Origin: an uncultured Candidatus Saccharibacteria bacterium
GTDB taxonomy: Bacteria; Patescibacteriota; Doudnabacteria; UBA920
Assembly (NCBI GenBank): GCA_964474825.1
Contig: CAYYWQ010000001.1
Coordinates: 485,609 to 549,608 of the forward strand
DNA length: 64,000 nt
Reading direction: 5' to 3'
The notes under the pieces were generated by a model. That model did not search any database and had not been told where the DNA came from. It saw only the letters and a program-made list of their open reading frames with translations. Shown piece by piece: positions 19,179-27,333 of this stretch (within the stretch, counting starts at the first letter, position 1; the number at the start of each line of letters is the position of its first letter). The translations under genes and the position numbers were made by a program.

Positions 19179-20180
19179 TTATTTATTCATTAACTGTTTT
19201 GCTCTTTCCCAAAACTCAGGATGTTCTTTCTGCTTCATATAATACCACCATTCCGCGCCCCATAGATACTGTGGAGAAAACCCTGTGTCTTGGGCAACCC
19301 CGACAATAGTGTTAAAGTTGTCCATACTCATGGTCTTAAACTGTTCTTCTATGGAAGTATTTGGAATGCCGGCAGTAGTCCAAGGTTCGGCCTCTAGTTC
19401 CATTATAGCAATTTGCTTGCCCGGATGCAGCATTGCCAAAAGCCCGCCTTTAAACCGGTAAAAAAGCGAGGGGATATAATTTGTCCAATAGCGTTTGAAC
19501 ACGTCCGAAAAAACATACCGATAAAAAGTGGTCCCGAAAATATCTCCCCTTGAACCGGAATGAATCCACCAGGAAAGCTCGCCGCTGTCCGTAATGATTA
19601 TTGGCCTAACAGGATCCAGCTGTTTTACTAAATTAATTTCTTGATCCAAAAGGCTAACGTCCAAAGGAGGACAAATACCAAAGGTGGACAAAAATGGTTC
19701 ATTCTCCACCTGCCAGGCAATAATATTGCCGCGGTCCTGGTAATGCCTTACCACTTCCGCCACATAAGACAATTGGGCTGTATTTAACGCGCTTGGCGAT
19801 AAATTTTTTATCCAGCCCGGGTCGTGGCATTCCGGCCAGCGTGGCAGCCTGCGCCCCACGGATAGGACAATTTTAGTTTTATAATTTTCAGCCTCATTTA
19901 TCTGGAAATCTAAATCATCAAAATTATAAGTGTCTTTTTTTGACTCCACACTGTCCCAATAAGCGGAAAGACGAACATATTTGGGGTTTAAGTCTTTTAA
20001 AATTGAAGCATAAGCATCTTTCCAATTCAGGCCTAAACTTTCGGCGTAAGGCGCGCTAAAAGTCAGGCCATATTGGATATTATTGGTTTTTGGGGCAAAC
20101 AGCGAAACAAACCAAACCATTAAAAAAACCACGGCTAGAAATATACAAAACCTTACTAAAAATTTACCTAACTTACGCAT
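19179..20180 (-). CDS. Membrane-anchored glycoside hydrolase, clan GH-A (GH5-like)
   Basis: Acid/base motif AWQVENEP, a candidate nucleophile in IAIMELEAEPW, and an N-terminal TM. Confidence 0.45.
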   Translation of the reverse strand: MRKLGKFLVRFCIFLAVVFLMVWFVSLFAPKTNNIQYGLTFSAPYAESLGLNWKDAYASILKDLNPKYVRLSAYWDSVESKKDTYNFDDLDFQINEAENYKTKIVLSVGRRLPRWPECHDPGWIKNLSPSALNTAQLSYVAEVVRHYQDRGNIIAWQVENEPFLSTFGICPPLDVSLLDQEINLVKQLDPVRPIIITDSGELSWWIHSGSRGDIFGTTFYRYVFSDVFKRYWTNYIPSLFYRFKGGLLAMLHPGKQIAIMELEAEPWTTAGIPNTSIEEQFKTMSMDNFNTIVGVAQDTGFSPQYLWGAEWWYYMKQKEHPEFWERAKQLMNK

Positions 20181-21052
20181 AAAATAATTGTCCCCATTAC
20201 TATTAAAATTAAAGCCGCCACCTTTAAGCGCAGTGTATGCTTGTCGGTTTGCTCGTCCAAAATATGGCGGTGGTAAAAACTAAAAAATAAAGCCAAAACA
20301 AACAAAAACCCGTAGCGGAAAGACGCCAGCGCGTCTACAATGGGCACTTTGCCTACAGTTAAAAAATAACTTAAAAAAATAAAATTTAATCCCCCTATTG
20401 CTTGCTTTAACAAAAACAAAAAGCCGGTATGGTGTTTTTCCTTAACCTTCGACGCAGTAAAAATATCTTTTCTGGCCAGGGGGATTAAAAGCAAAAGTGC
20501 CATAACAGCGGCAGCGCCTAACCTGTTCCACATAAGATTATTCATGGTACTGCCGACCTGTGCCCCGTATTGCCACAAAAAATTATAACTGCTGAATAAA
20601 AACGCGGACAACAGGGTTAACCCCAAATACCTATGAAGATACTTACCGTCTCCATAACTTATTAACAAAGCCCCGGGAACCAGCAGACAAACTGCCGCAA
20701 ATTGGCTGACTGACAAAGCACTATGGCGGGTAAGCGTGGAAATAAAAATATCAAAAATCGGTACCAGCGCAAAAATAAACGGCACTACCCGGGAAACTTC
20801 CCCGCGCGCCAAAACTTTAAAGTAAACATACATTGCCAGCCCAAAATATGCGCCGGAAAGTAAATTTAACCAAATAAATTTTGCGGGCAAGGCTTGGTAA
20901 ACCCACGGCCAAGCAACCAATAACAACGCTCCGGTCACAACGGTAAAGAACGCGTAAGACAAAGGGCGGATTTTACGTTTGCTGATTAAAAACTTGTCTA
21001 AGACGTCAACAAACGCAAAGCTCAAATATAAAATTATTATTTGAAAAATCAT
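20168..21052 (-). CDS. DMT/EamA-like polytopic membrane transporter
   Basis: About ten TM helices in a two-fold repeat organisation. Confidence 0.4.
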   Translation of the reverse strand: MIFQIIILYLSFAFVDVLDKFLISKRKIRPLSYAFFTVVTGALLLVAWPWVYQALPAKFIWLNLLSGAYFGLAMYVYFKVLARGEVSRVVPFIFALVPIFDIFISTLTRHSALSVSQFAAVCLLVPGALLISYGDGKYLHRYLGLTLLSAFLFSSYNFLWQYGAQVGSTMNNLMWNRLGAAAVMALLLLIPLARKDIFTASKVKEKHHTGFLFLLKQAIGGLNFIFLSYFLTVGKVPIVDALASFRYGFLFVLALFFSFYHRHILDEQTDKHTLRLKVAALILIVMGTIILCVS

Positions 21053-22282
21053 TTAGGTTTTTTTAGGAATTTCGTGTTCCAGGCTGTTTGTTTTACAAAT
21101 CTCCGCGTATTTTAACGCGCTAAAGCGCACTTTTCGCCTAAGTAAATCTTCCCGGTCAATTTCAATCAAACCAAACCTCGGCCAAAAACCTTCTTCCCAT
21201 TCAAAGTTGTCTGTTAGCGACCAATATAAATAACCCCGAACATCCGCCCCATGCTCAATTGCCTTGTGAATGTAAAACAAATGGTCTTTAATAAATTTTT
21301 CACGGAACACGTCCTTACTGTCCGCCACTCCGTTTTCCACAACGTAAATTGGTTTGTTGTATTTTTTTAGCTTAAGCAATACTTGCTCAATCCCTTCTGG
21401 GTGTATTCCCCACCCTCTATCGGTCAACAAATGCCCGGTGTGGGTATGCCTGCGAAAGCCAAGCAGCCCAATATGGTGGTGAAAATAATAATTTACCCCA
21501 ATATAGTCACAGTACTCAACGGTTCTGCGCAAAATATATTCATTTACAAAATATTCCATAAGACCCGTAACCATGCCTCCCAAAAAACCCGAAGGCTCCC
21601 AGTCGGTTTGGTTTAAAGCCATGCTCACAGGCTTACGGTGATGCACGCGGATGTATTCACTCAGTTGGTTGTGGCATTTAATAATATTATTAACCACACG
21701 AAGCGCCCTTAAAGGACTCCTAACCTGGGGCGGATGCAAGGCCAAAATATAGCGTTGCCCCACATATAATTCCGGTTCATTAAAAGTAATCCAAAAATCC
21801 ACATATTGAGAAAATCTTTCCACTACGCGTTTGCCAAAATTTAAAAAATAATCTATATTTTCTTTTTTTTCAAAACCATTTTTTTGGCTAAACCAAATAG
21901 GACTGGTGTAGTGGTGAAGAGTCAAAAAAACCGTTAGTCCGTGGAATTTAGCAGATTGCAGCATTTTTTCATAATGGTCCAGCACGGCTTCGTCAAATAC
22001 TCCCTCTTTTGGCTGAATGCGAGACCATTCAATGCCAAAACGAATGGCATTATGGCTTAAATGCTGGGCTAAACCAAAATCTTCGTCATAACGGTTGTAA
22101 AAATCGCATGCAATGCCGCTATAGTACCCTTCCGGATTTTTACCCTGGGCGCGCAAGAAATTTTCCCGCCTAACAGAATGTTCCCAAGGCCACCAATCGC
22201 TATTGGTATTATTACCCTCCGTTTGGTAAGCACTACTTGCCGCCCCCCACAAAAAACCTTTAGGAAATTTTAGTTTTTGCAT
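21053..22282 (-). CDS. GH1 beta-glucosidase
   Basis: FLWGAASSAYQTEG, TFNEPELY (acid/base) and YVVENG (nucleophile). Confidence 0.85.
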   Translation of the reverse strand: MQKLKFPKGFLWGAASSAYQTEGNNTNSDWWPWEHSVRRENFLRAQGKNPEGYYSGIACDFYNRYDEDFGLAQHLSHNAIRFGIEWSRIQPKEGVFDEAVLDHYEKMLQSAKFHGLTVFLTLHHYTSPIWFSQKNGFEKKENIDYFLNFGKRVVERFSQYVDFWITFNEPELYVGQRYILALHPPQVRSPLRALRVVNNIIKCHNQLSEYIRVHHRKPVSMALNQTDWEPSGFLGGMVTGLMEYFVNEYILRRTVEYCDYIGVNYYFHHHIGLLGFRRHTHTGHLLTDRGWGIHPEGIEQVLLKLKKYNKPIYVVENGVADSKDVFREKFIKDHLFYIHKAIEHGADVRGYLYWSLTDNFEWEEGFWPRFGLIEIDREDLLRRKVRFSALKYAEICKTNSLEHEIPKKT

Positions 22283-22411
22283 TTTTTTGTTTCTTCCTAT
22301 TCTCTTATCTCTTCTCCCTAATCACTATATTATTATGCCACACTTGGCTAAAATCTCAAAACCTGATAGGATAGATAGGACTTATAAGACTAAATAAGAC
22401 TTATCACACTC

Positions 22412-22486
22412 GGCGCCATCATCTAATGGTTAGGATAAGTGGTTCTCATCCACTAAATCGGGGTTCGATTCCCCGTGGCGCTACCA
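22412..22486 (+). tRNA. tRNA-Glu (anticodon CTC) with encoded CCA
   Basis: Hand-folded cloverleaf: acceptor GGCGCCA/TGGCGCT, anticodon stem AGTGG/CCACT, loop TTCTCAT, and T-arm CGGGG-TTCGATT-CCCCG. Confidence 0.8.
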
Positions 22487-22672
22487 ATTAAAAATATCCC
22501 AACGCATGGGATATTTTTATTTTGTCCCGAGCGATGTCGAGGGGCCAAAATACTGACTAAAAAAGATTTTCCTACACAATAATTGGAAGACTTTTTTGTT
22601 TTATTTACTAAAAAATTAGTGTTATAATAAAAGCGCTTAATAAGCGCTAATAACTAAGGATAAAAAACTTTT

Positions 22673-23443
22673 ATGACACAATTCGACCATGAATCATCGG
22701 AAACAAAGAATCAAGAAGTCGCTCGTTCGCTTTTGGATAAAATGAATCTTGAAGGAATATCGGATCCTGAACGACAAAGGGCAATCTTAGAAGAAGCTAT
22801 AAACATATTGAGAAAACAAAGACTAGGTGTAGCAGCAGAATCTGTTATTCTAAAACAAACCCCAGAACAACCTAGCACAAAACTTTCAATTGAGGCGATG
22901 CTTGAATTAATTCAGCGCTATACCATCGGAATGAACGGTTTAGATCGTGATACTGCTAAAGAACTCGTAAAAAAGTTTGGACTGAATGGTGGTCTCTACG
23001 ATTTAAAAAATGATCTTAACACTTTTTTTGATAAGCAAAAAAACCCGGAGGGCCGTGGAAAGTTAAAAAACGAAAATCCGGTTGCCTTAGCTCGACAAAT
23101 CCTAGACGAAATTGACAAAATCGAAAGGGGTGGAGAGGAGCTCTCAAGAGAGGCTGACGCTGCTGATACAGAACAAAACAGAACTCTGAAAGATGAAGCA
23201 ATAGAAGATTTGGAGGGCGTTTTAATAAGACTCATGAATCGGCACCTAGGGGAAAATTCGTCCTCATTTTCAGAGGCCCGCAAACCTATCGACGCACTGC
23301 TTAAATACCAGCCTACTCTTGGTACTGTTATTGCTTCGTGTCGAGACTATAGGCAAACAGGAAGATGGCCAGGTCAGGTTAGTAAAGATCGCGCTATTGA
23401 AATAATTAAACAGGCTCGTAGTTTTATAGAGACGTATAGGTAA
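22673..23443 (+). CDS. Hypothetical cytoplasmic protein
   Basis: ORF only. Confidence 0.3.
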   Translation: MTQFDHESSETKNQEVARSLLDKMNLEGISDPERQRAILEEAINILRKQRLGVAAESVILKQTPEQPSTKLSIEAMLELIQRYTIGMNGLDRDTAKELVKKFGLNGGLYDLKNDLNTFFDKQKNPEGRGKLKNENPVALARQILDEIDKIERGGEELSREADAADTEQNRTLKDEAIEDLEGVLIRLMNRHLGENSSSFSEARKPIDALLKYQPTLGTVIASCRDYRQTGRWPGQVSKDRAIEIIKQARSFIETYR

Positions 23444-23572
23444 ATTTATTCTATCCCTTGAGGAATTGAAGGTTTAAAATAGCTCTTTTTTACCACAGCC
23501 AAGAAAATTTTCCCCCTGTCTCGAGATGGTCTACCGCTCGGACCCCTTAGAAAGTTGGCAAAAAAATAAAAA

Positions 23573-24001
23573 ATGATTAAATTTTTAAAATCTCTTGCTG
23601 ACATACGCCAGCCGAAAAAACAGTTAATACATATTATTTTAGTTTCTTTCTTAGGGGCGTTTGCGGTCGTTCATTCTTTTTCGGTTTATGTGGGCGGCGG
23701 TATTTATATTCGCGGTTACCATATTCACCACTTTTATTTTGGAATGTTGTTTTTAACAATTGGCGGTTTACTGGGAATTTTAAGTACTGGACGAAGAAAA
23801 TTGCAAATTGCTAGTTCACTTTTGGGAATTGGCATGGGGTTATTTGCTGACGAAGTTGGTCTTTTATTAACCTGCACAACTGCGTATAAAAAATGCGATT
23901 ACGCTTTTCCGGACAGTTTTGACATTGCAGGCACGGTTGTTGTATTTTTAATCCTTGTTTTAGTAATAGTGAGCTACACAGAAAGGCCTAAAAAAAATTA
24001 A
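23573..24001 (+). CDS. Small membrane protein
   Basis: Four hydrophobic segments. Confidence 0.3.
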   Translation: MIKFLKSLADIRQPKKQLIHIILVSFLGAFAVVHSFSVYVGGGIYIRGYHIHHFYFGMLFLTIGGLLGILSTGRRKLQIASSLLGIGMGLFADEVGLLLTCTTAYKKCDYAFPDSFDIAGTVVVFLILVLVIVSYTERPKKN

Positions 24002-24014
24002 TTAGCTATATTTT

Positions 24015-24482
24015 ATGGGGAAAAAATTTAAATCGCTCGGACATGAGACTAAGGGTTTTCCAAACAAGCCTGACAAAAATATTTTAGAAGTTTTTGACAA
24101 TCAACACCCAAAAAGCTTGTATTTAGTCCCTTTGGTTTGTAATGAATTTACTTCCATTTGCCCAATGACAGGACAACCGGATTTTGCCAAGTTTGAAATT
24201 GTTTATGTGCCCAGAATAAAAATGGTTGAGTCTAAGTCATTAAAACTTTACTTCTTCTCCTTTAGAAATCATGGTGAATTTCACGAGGAAGTCGTTAACC
24301 GCATATTTAACGACTTATGGGATTTAATGAACCCCAAATTTATGAGAATTTTTGCCGACTTTAATGTCCGTGGCGGCATTGCTATAAAACCGCTTGTCCA
24401 AAAATTTTCTAAAGACGCATCGGCTGCCCAAAAGCAAACCATTCTGGAAATGCTGGAAAGTTGGGACAGGAAAAATAGTTAA
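24015..24482 (+). CDS. queF: NADPH-dependent 7-cyano-7-deazaguanine (preQ0) reductase, unimodular type
   Basis: ICPMTGQPDFA (catalytic Cys) and the ESKSLKLYF QueF motif. Confidence 0.8.
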   Translation: MGKKFKSLGHETKGFPNKPDKNILEVFDNQHPKSLYLVPLVCNEFTSICPMTGQPDFAKFEIVYVPRIKMVESKSLKLYFFSFRNHGEFHEEVVNRIFNDLWDLMNPKFMRIFADFNVRGGIAIKPLVQKFSKDASAAQKQTILEMLESWDRKNS

Positions 24483-24493
24483 ACAAAGAACAA

Positions 24494-24521
24494 AAAACCG
24501 TCCACTGTGGACGGTTTTTTT
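24494..24521. terminator. Bidirectional terminator
   Basis: Hairpin aaccgtccac-tg-tggacggtt with flanking A and T runs. Confidence 0.55.
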
Positions 24522-24528
24522 AAATTAC

Positions 24529-24780
24529 TTAGTGTTCGTATTTGAGTCCTAACTTAGGCGCCACTTGGTCTAAAAGGTCTTCCGCTTTTTTTACGCGATA
24601 GTTTAGTATAATCATTTCTTGATCTTTCCCCTGCTTATCTTTTAAAACCGCGTCCAGTGAATTTTGAATCCTGTCGAACCTAGCCTCGAACTTTTTTCCG
24701 TCTTCCTTGGTTAAAAAGACATCTTTAAAAACCTCAATTTGGTATTCTGTTATTTTTTTAATATCCTCAATATCTATCAT
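24529..24780 (-). CDS. Hypothetical protein
   Basis: ORF only. Confidence 0.25.
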   Translation of the reverse strand: MIDIEDIKKITEYQIEVFKDVFLTKEDGKKFEARFDRIQNSLDAVLKDKQGKDQEMIILNYRVKKAEDLLDQVAPKLGLKYEH

Positions 24781-25063
24781 AAACTTAAATTTGACTAAAA
24801 AAGGGTAAAAATATTGTAATCCCAGAATAATTTCTCGTCAATCTAAGCCTGTGTATAAAACTGCTTTTATACTCTGGCAAAAAGCACTCCCCTGAATTGG
24901 TTATTTACAATAAGCGGTACCCCACGGAGTGACTGCACGCGAGCCGAAAGCTGCTGCACGGGGCAGGAGTGATAATCAGCCCGGCCTGTGGTGCAATGAG
25001 CACAAAGGCTTTTGAGCTGGCTAACAATATTAAGTTTTGTTTTTTCGAGTTCGGACATATATT

Positions 25064-25503
25064 TAGCTTGTAGGAAGTAGCTGGTAGTTAGTAGCCAAAC
25101 CAACCGGACTATTCCTTATTACTTGTCAATTTATTTAGAATTTTCATTACTTCCTCTAGTAATGCGTCTGCTTTTGTAAAATCTAGTTTATCTCCAAACG
25201 GGAGACGCTTAGCTATTTCAATCTGTGTTTCTAACTCAGCACCTGAACCAAAAGATATAAGTAAAAATCGGCGAAATTCATTATCAGTTCCTCTACGCTT
25301 ACCCTCTGCTATATTTGAAGGTATTGATACGCTACAGCGACGTGATTGCGAGGTTAAACCATAAATTTCATTATTCGGGTATTTTGATGTTATTTTATAA
25401 ACCTCAACAACCAGCTCCATTGACTTTTGCCACACTATTAAATTTTTATAATCATTTTGCATTTTGTCTGGCTACCCCCTACTTACTACTAACCACCAGC
25501 TAC
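25064..25503. mobile_element. IVS-like palindromic element: GTAG-rich inverted repeats (25064-25096 and 25470-25503) bracketing a four-helix-bundle protein gene
   Basis: Left arm tagcttgtaggaagtagctggtagttagtagcc. The right arm ggctaccccctacttactactaaccaccagctac is its imperfect reverse complement. An ORF-less copy of the same arms sits at 26223-26320. Confidence 0.5.
25109..25462 (-). CDS. Four-helix-bundle protein of the 23S rRNA intervening-sequence family
   Basis: YKNLIVWQKSMELVVEVYKITSKYP...GLTSQSRRCSVSIPSNIAEG, typical of the TIGR02436 / rRNA-IVS protein family. Confidence 0.7.
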   Translation of the reverse strand: MQNDYKNLIVWQKSMELVVEVYKITSKYPNNEIYGLTSQSRRCSVSIPSNIAEGKRRGTDNEFRRFLLISFGSGAELETQIEIAKRLPFGDKLDFTKADALLEEVMKILNKLTSNKE

Positions 25504-26114
25504 TCTAAATTTCTAATAACTCCAACCACTTTCCCCTGCACACTCCATTCTTCTTTTGGGTAAATGTTTTTGTAGCTGGGATTTTCGGCTTTTAAGTAGG
25601 CTCTATTTTTTACATAGACCAGTCTTTTTACCGTGGCTTCGTCGTGAAGTAATGCCACAACAATTTCATTATTCTTTGCTTCTTTAGTGGGCCTAACAAT
25701 AACCAGGTCTCCTTCAAAAATTCCTGCGTTTATCATACTGTCGCCCCTTACACGGAGCAAAAATACGTCACGTCTGCCTTTTACTAAATTTTGGGGCAAG
25801 TTTATCCATTCCTCTATTTGTTCTTCTGCCAAATGCGGCACGCCTGCCTGAATGGAACCCAGAAGCGGAACCCTAATTAAACCTTTTTCCAAACTTTCAC
25901 CTAAAGTTTGAAGAACTTGGATGCCCCGCGCTTTGCCCGAAGTTTTAATATAACCTTCTTCTTCCAAAGCGTTTAAAAGTTTAGCCACGCCGTTCTTTGA
26001 TTTAACTTTTAAAAAAGTAGCCATTTCGGAAATACTGGGAGGTAAATTGTAGTCACGAATTTGTTTGATAATGTACTGGAGAAGTTCTTTCTGCCTGCTG
26101 GTAATTTCGTTCAT
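25500..26114 (-). CDS. lexA: LexA repressor
   Basis: Winged-helix N-terminus. S24 peptidase motifs GDSMINAGI (Ser) and VKRL (Lys). Confidence 0.85.
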   Translation of the reverse strand: MNEITSRQKELLQYIIKQIRDYNLPPSISEMATFLKVKSKNGVAKLLNALEEEGYIKTSGKARGIQVLQTLGESLEKGLIRVPLLGSIQAGVPHLAEEQIEEWINLPQNLVKGRRDVFLLRVRGDSMINAGIFEGDLVIVRPTKEAKNNEIVVALLHDEATVKRLVYVKNRAYLKAENPSYKNIYPKEEWSVQGKVVGVIRNLE

Positions 26115-26140
26115 AGAATTTTTGTTACTTATCTATTAAG

Positions 26141-26169
26141 ATAATATACGAACGTTCACTACGTGTCAA
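26141..26169 (-). promoter_or_regulatory. lexA promoter (TTGACA-17-TATTAT) with a GAACGTTC palindrome (26150-26157) in the spacer as the candidate LexA operator
   Basis: The minus strand reads TTGACAcgtagtGAACGTTCgtaTATTAT, about 27 nt upstream of the lexA ATG. The palindrome resembles a Cheo-type box without a spacer. Confidence 0.5.
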
Positions 26170-26222
26170 ACAACAAGTAATTTAAGGTAAACGCTTGTTT
26201 ACCTTAAAGTTATCCACAACTT

Positions 26223-26320
26223 TAGCTGGTAGGAAGTAGCTTGTAGCTTTTAGCCAAACAAAACAGCGGACAATCATCCGCTGTGTGGCTACTTCCTACT
26301 AGCTACAGACTACCAGCTAC
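26223..26320. repeat. GTAG-rich palindromic element, empty copy: arms 26223-26255 and 26287-26320, central hairpin 26264-26283
   Basis: tagctggtaggaagtagcttgtagcttttagcc ... ggctacttcctactagctacagactaccagctac. It shares the taggaagtagct core with the element at 25064. Confidence 0.6.
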
Positions 26321-26553
26321 TTGGTATTCAACAAAAATTTTATAAACTCAACTGCTCCCTCCCAGACGTTCTTGAGTATTGGGATTGAGGCCGGTAACAA
26401 AATAACTAGGGCAATAATAAAAATAAAATCTTTTTTTACGACTTTAAAAATGGAATAAACCAAAAGCACTGCCAGGGCAATGGAAATTACCGGGCGTGTG
26501 TTCACAGGAAAATTAGACAAAAACTGGATGTATAAACTTTGAATTTGATTCAT
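26317..26553 (-). CDS. Small membrane protein
   Basis: Two TM helices. Confidence 0.25.
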   Translation of the reverse strand: MNQIQSLYIQFLSNFPVNTRPVISIALAVLLVYSIFKVVKKDFIFIIALVILLPASIPILKNVWEGAVEFIKFLLNTK

Positions 26554-26583
26554 GACTTTATTATAGCACGAAGTTAATTCAGA

Positions 26584-27150
26584 TTATTTCTTCTTGGCTA
26601 AAGTGTCGCAAACCACTAAATGTGGGTAATCAAAAATGTCTTTAATAAATTTATCAAAAGTATTACGGCGAAGTTCAAACTCATCCGGTGTCATTATGCT
26701 GTAGTTAATGTCTTGACCCATCATGTGTTCCGCGGCTTTTAAAAAATCGTTAACTTTATTTAAATTAACTTTCCCTACCAAAAGCAAATCCACCGGTAGG
26801 CTTGGCTGTCCGGTGAACAGGCCGCTTAAAAAAGCGGCTTTAACTTCTCCCAAATTTTTTATGGCTGAAAACAGCTCGTCTTTATAAGGAGCAAGTTTGC
26901 GGCCAAACTGGCGGCGTAAATCCGGCAACATTTTATTGTTGGCGTTTACTATAAAATACTTTTTGCCGCGTTTGGCAAAAACTTTAAATAGCCCTGCTTC
27001 AGCCAGCTTGTTTAAACTGTGGGCGGTTTTAGAATGGGAAAGGCGCAAACGCCGCGAAACCTCTATAATAGAAAAGGCGCGCTCCGGCGCGACTAAAAAA
27101 AATCCTAAGGCTAAAGAATCTGTGGGGGAATCTATTATTTGTTCCAACAT
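26584..27150 (-). CDS. Winged-helix (ArsR/MarR-like) DNA-binding protein with a C-terminal uncharacterised domain
   Basis: HTH segment FSIIEVSRRLRLSHSKTAHSLNKLAEAGL. Confidence 0.35.
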   Translation of the reverse strand: MLEQIIDSPTDSLALGFFLVAPERAFSIIEVSRRLRLSHSKTAHSLNKLAEAGLFKVFAKRGKKYFIVNANNKMLPDLRRQFGRKLAPYKDELFSAIKNLGEVKAAFLSGLFTGQPSLPVDLLLVGKVNLNKVNDFLKAAEHMMGQDINYSIMTPDEFELRRNTFDKFIKDIFDYPHLVVCDTLAKKK

Positions 27151-27333
27151 AATGAATAAATTATAGCATACGGACAGGGAAATCGGAAAAATTAATAATT
27201 CTAACTTTTAAGGAATCTCTCAACCGCATTCGGGGCAACCACTCTATAAAATTTAACAATTGGGTTGTCGTTTGGTTATTATAAACTTTTGTTGTATAAT
27301 TAATAGGATCTAAACCCTATACTTCCCCATACT

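Noticed and set aside
24895-25020. RNase P RNA
   Set aside because: There are partial motif resemblances only (GGGCAGG, GUGCAAUGAGCA). The GC-rich patch is about 130 nt, far shorter than any bacterial RNase P RNA.
24867-25103. A 78-aa ORF on the minus strand
   Set aside because: It has no protein-like features. It lies over a GC-rich, possibly structured segment and the left arm of the palindromic cassette. I report it as a candidate RNA or element sequence instead.
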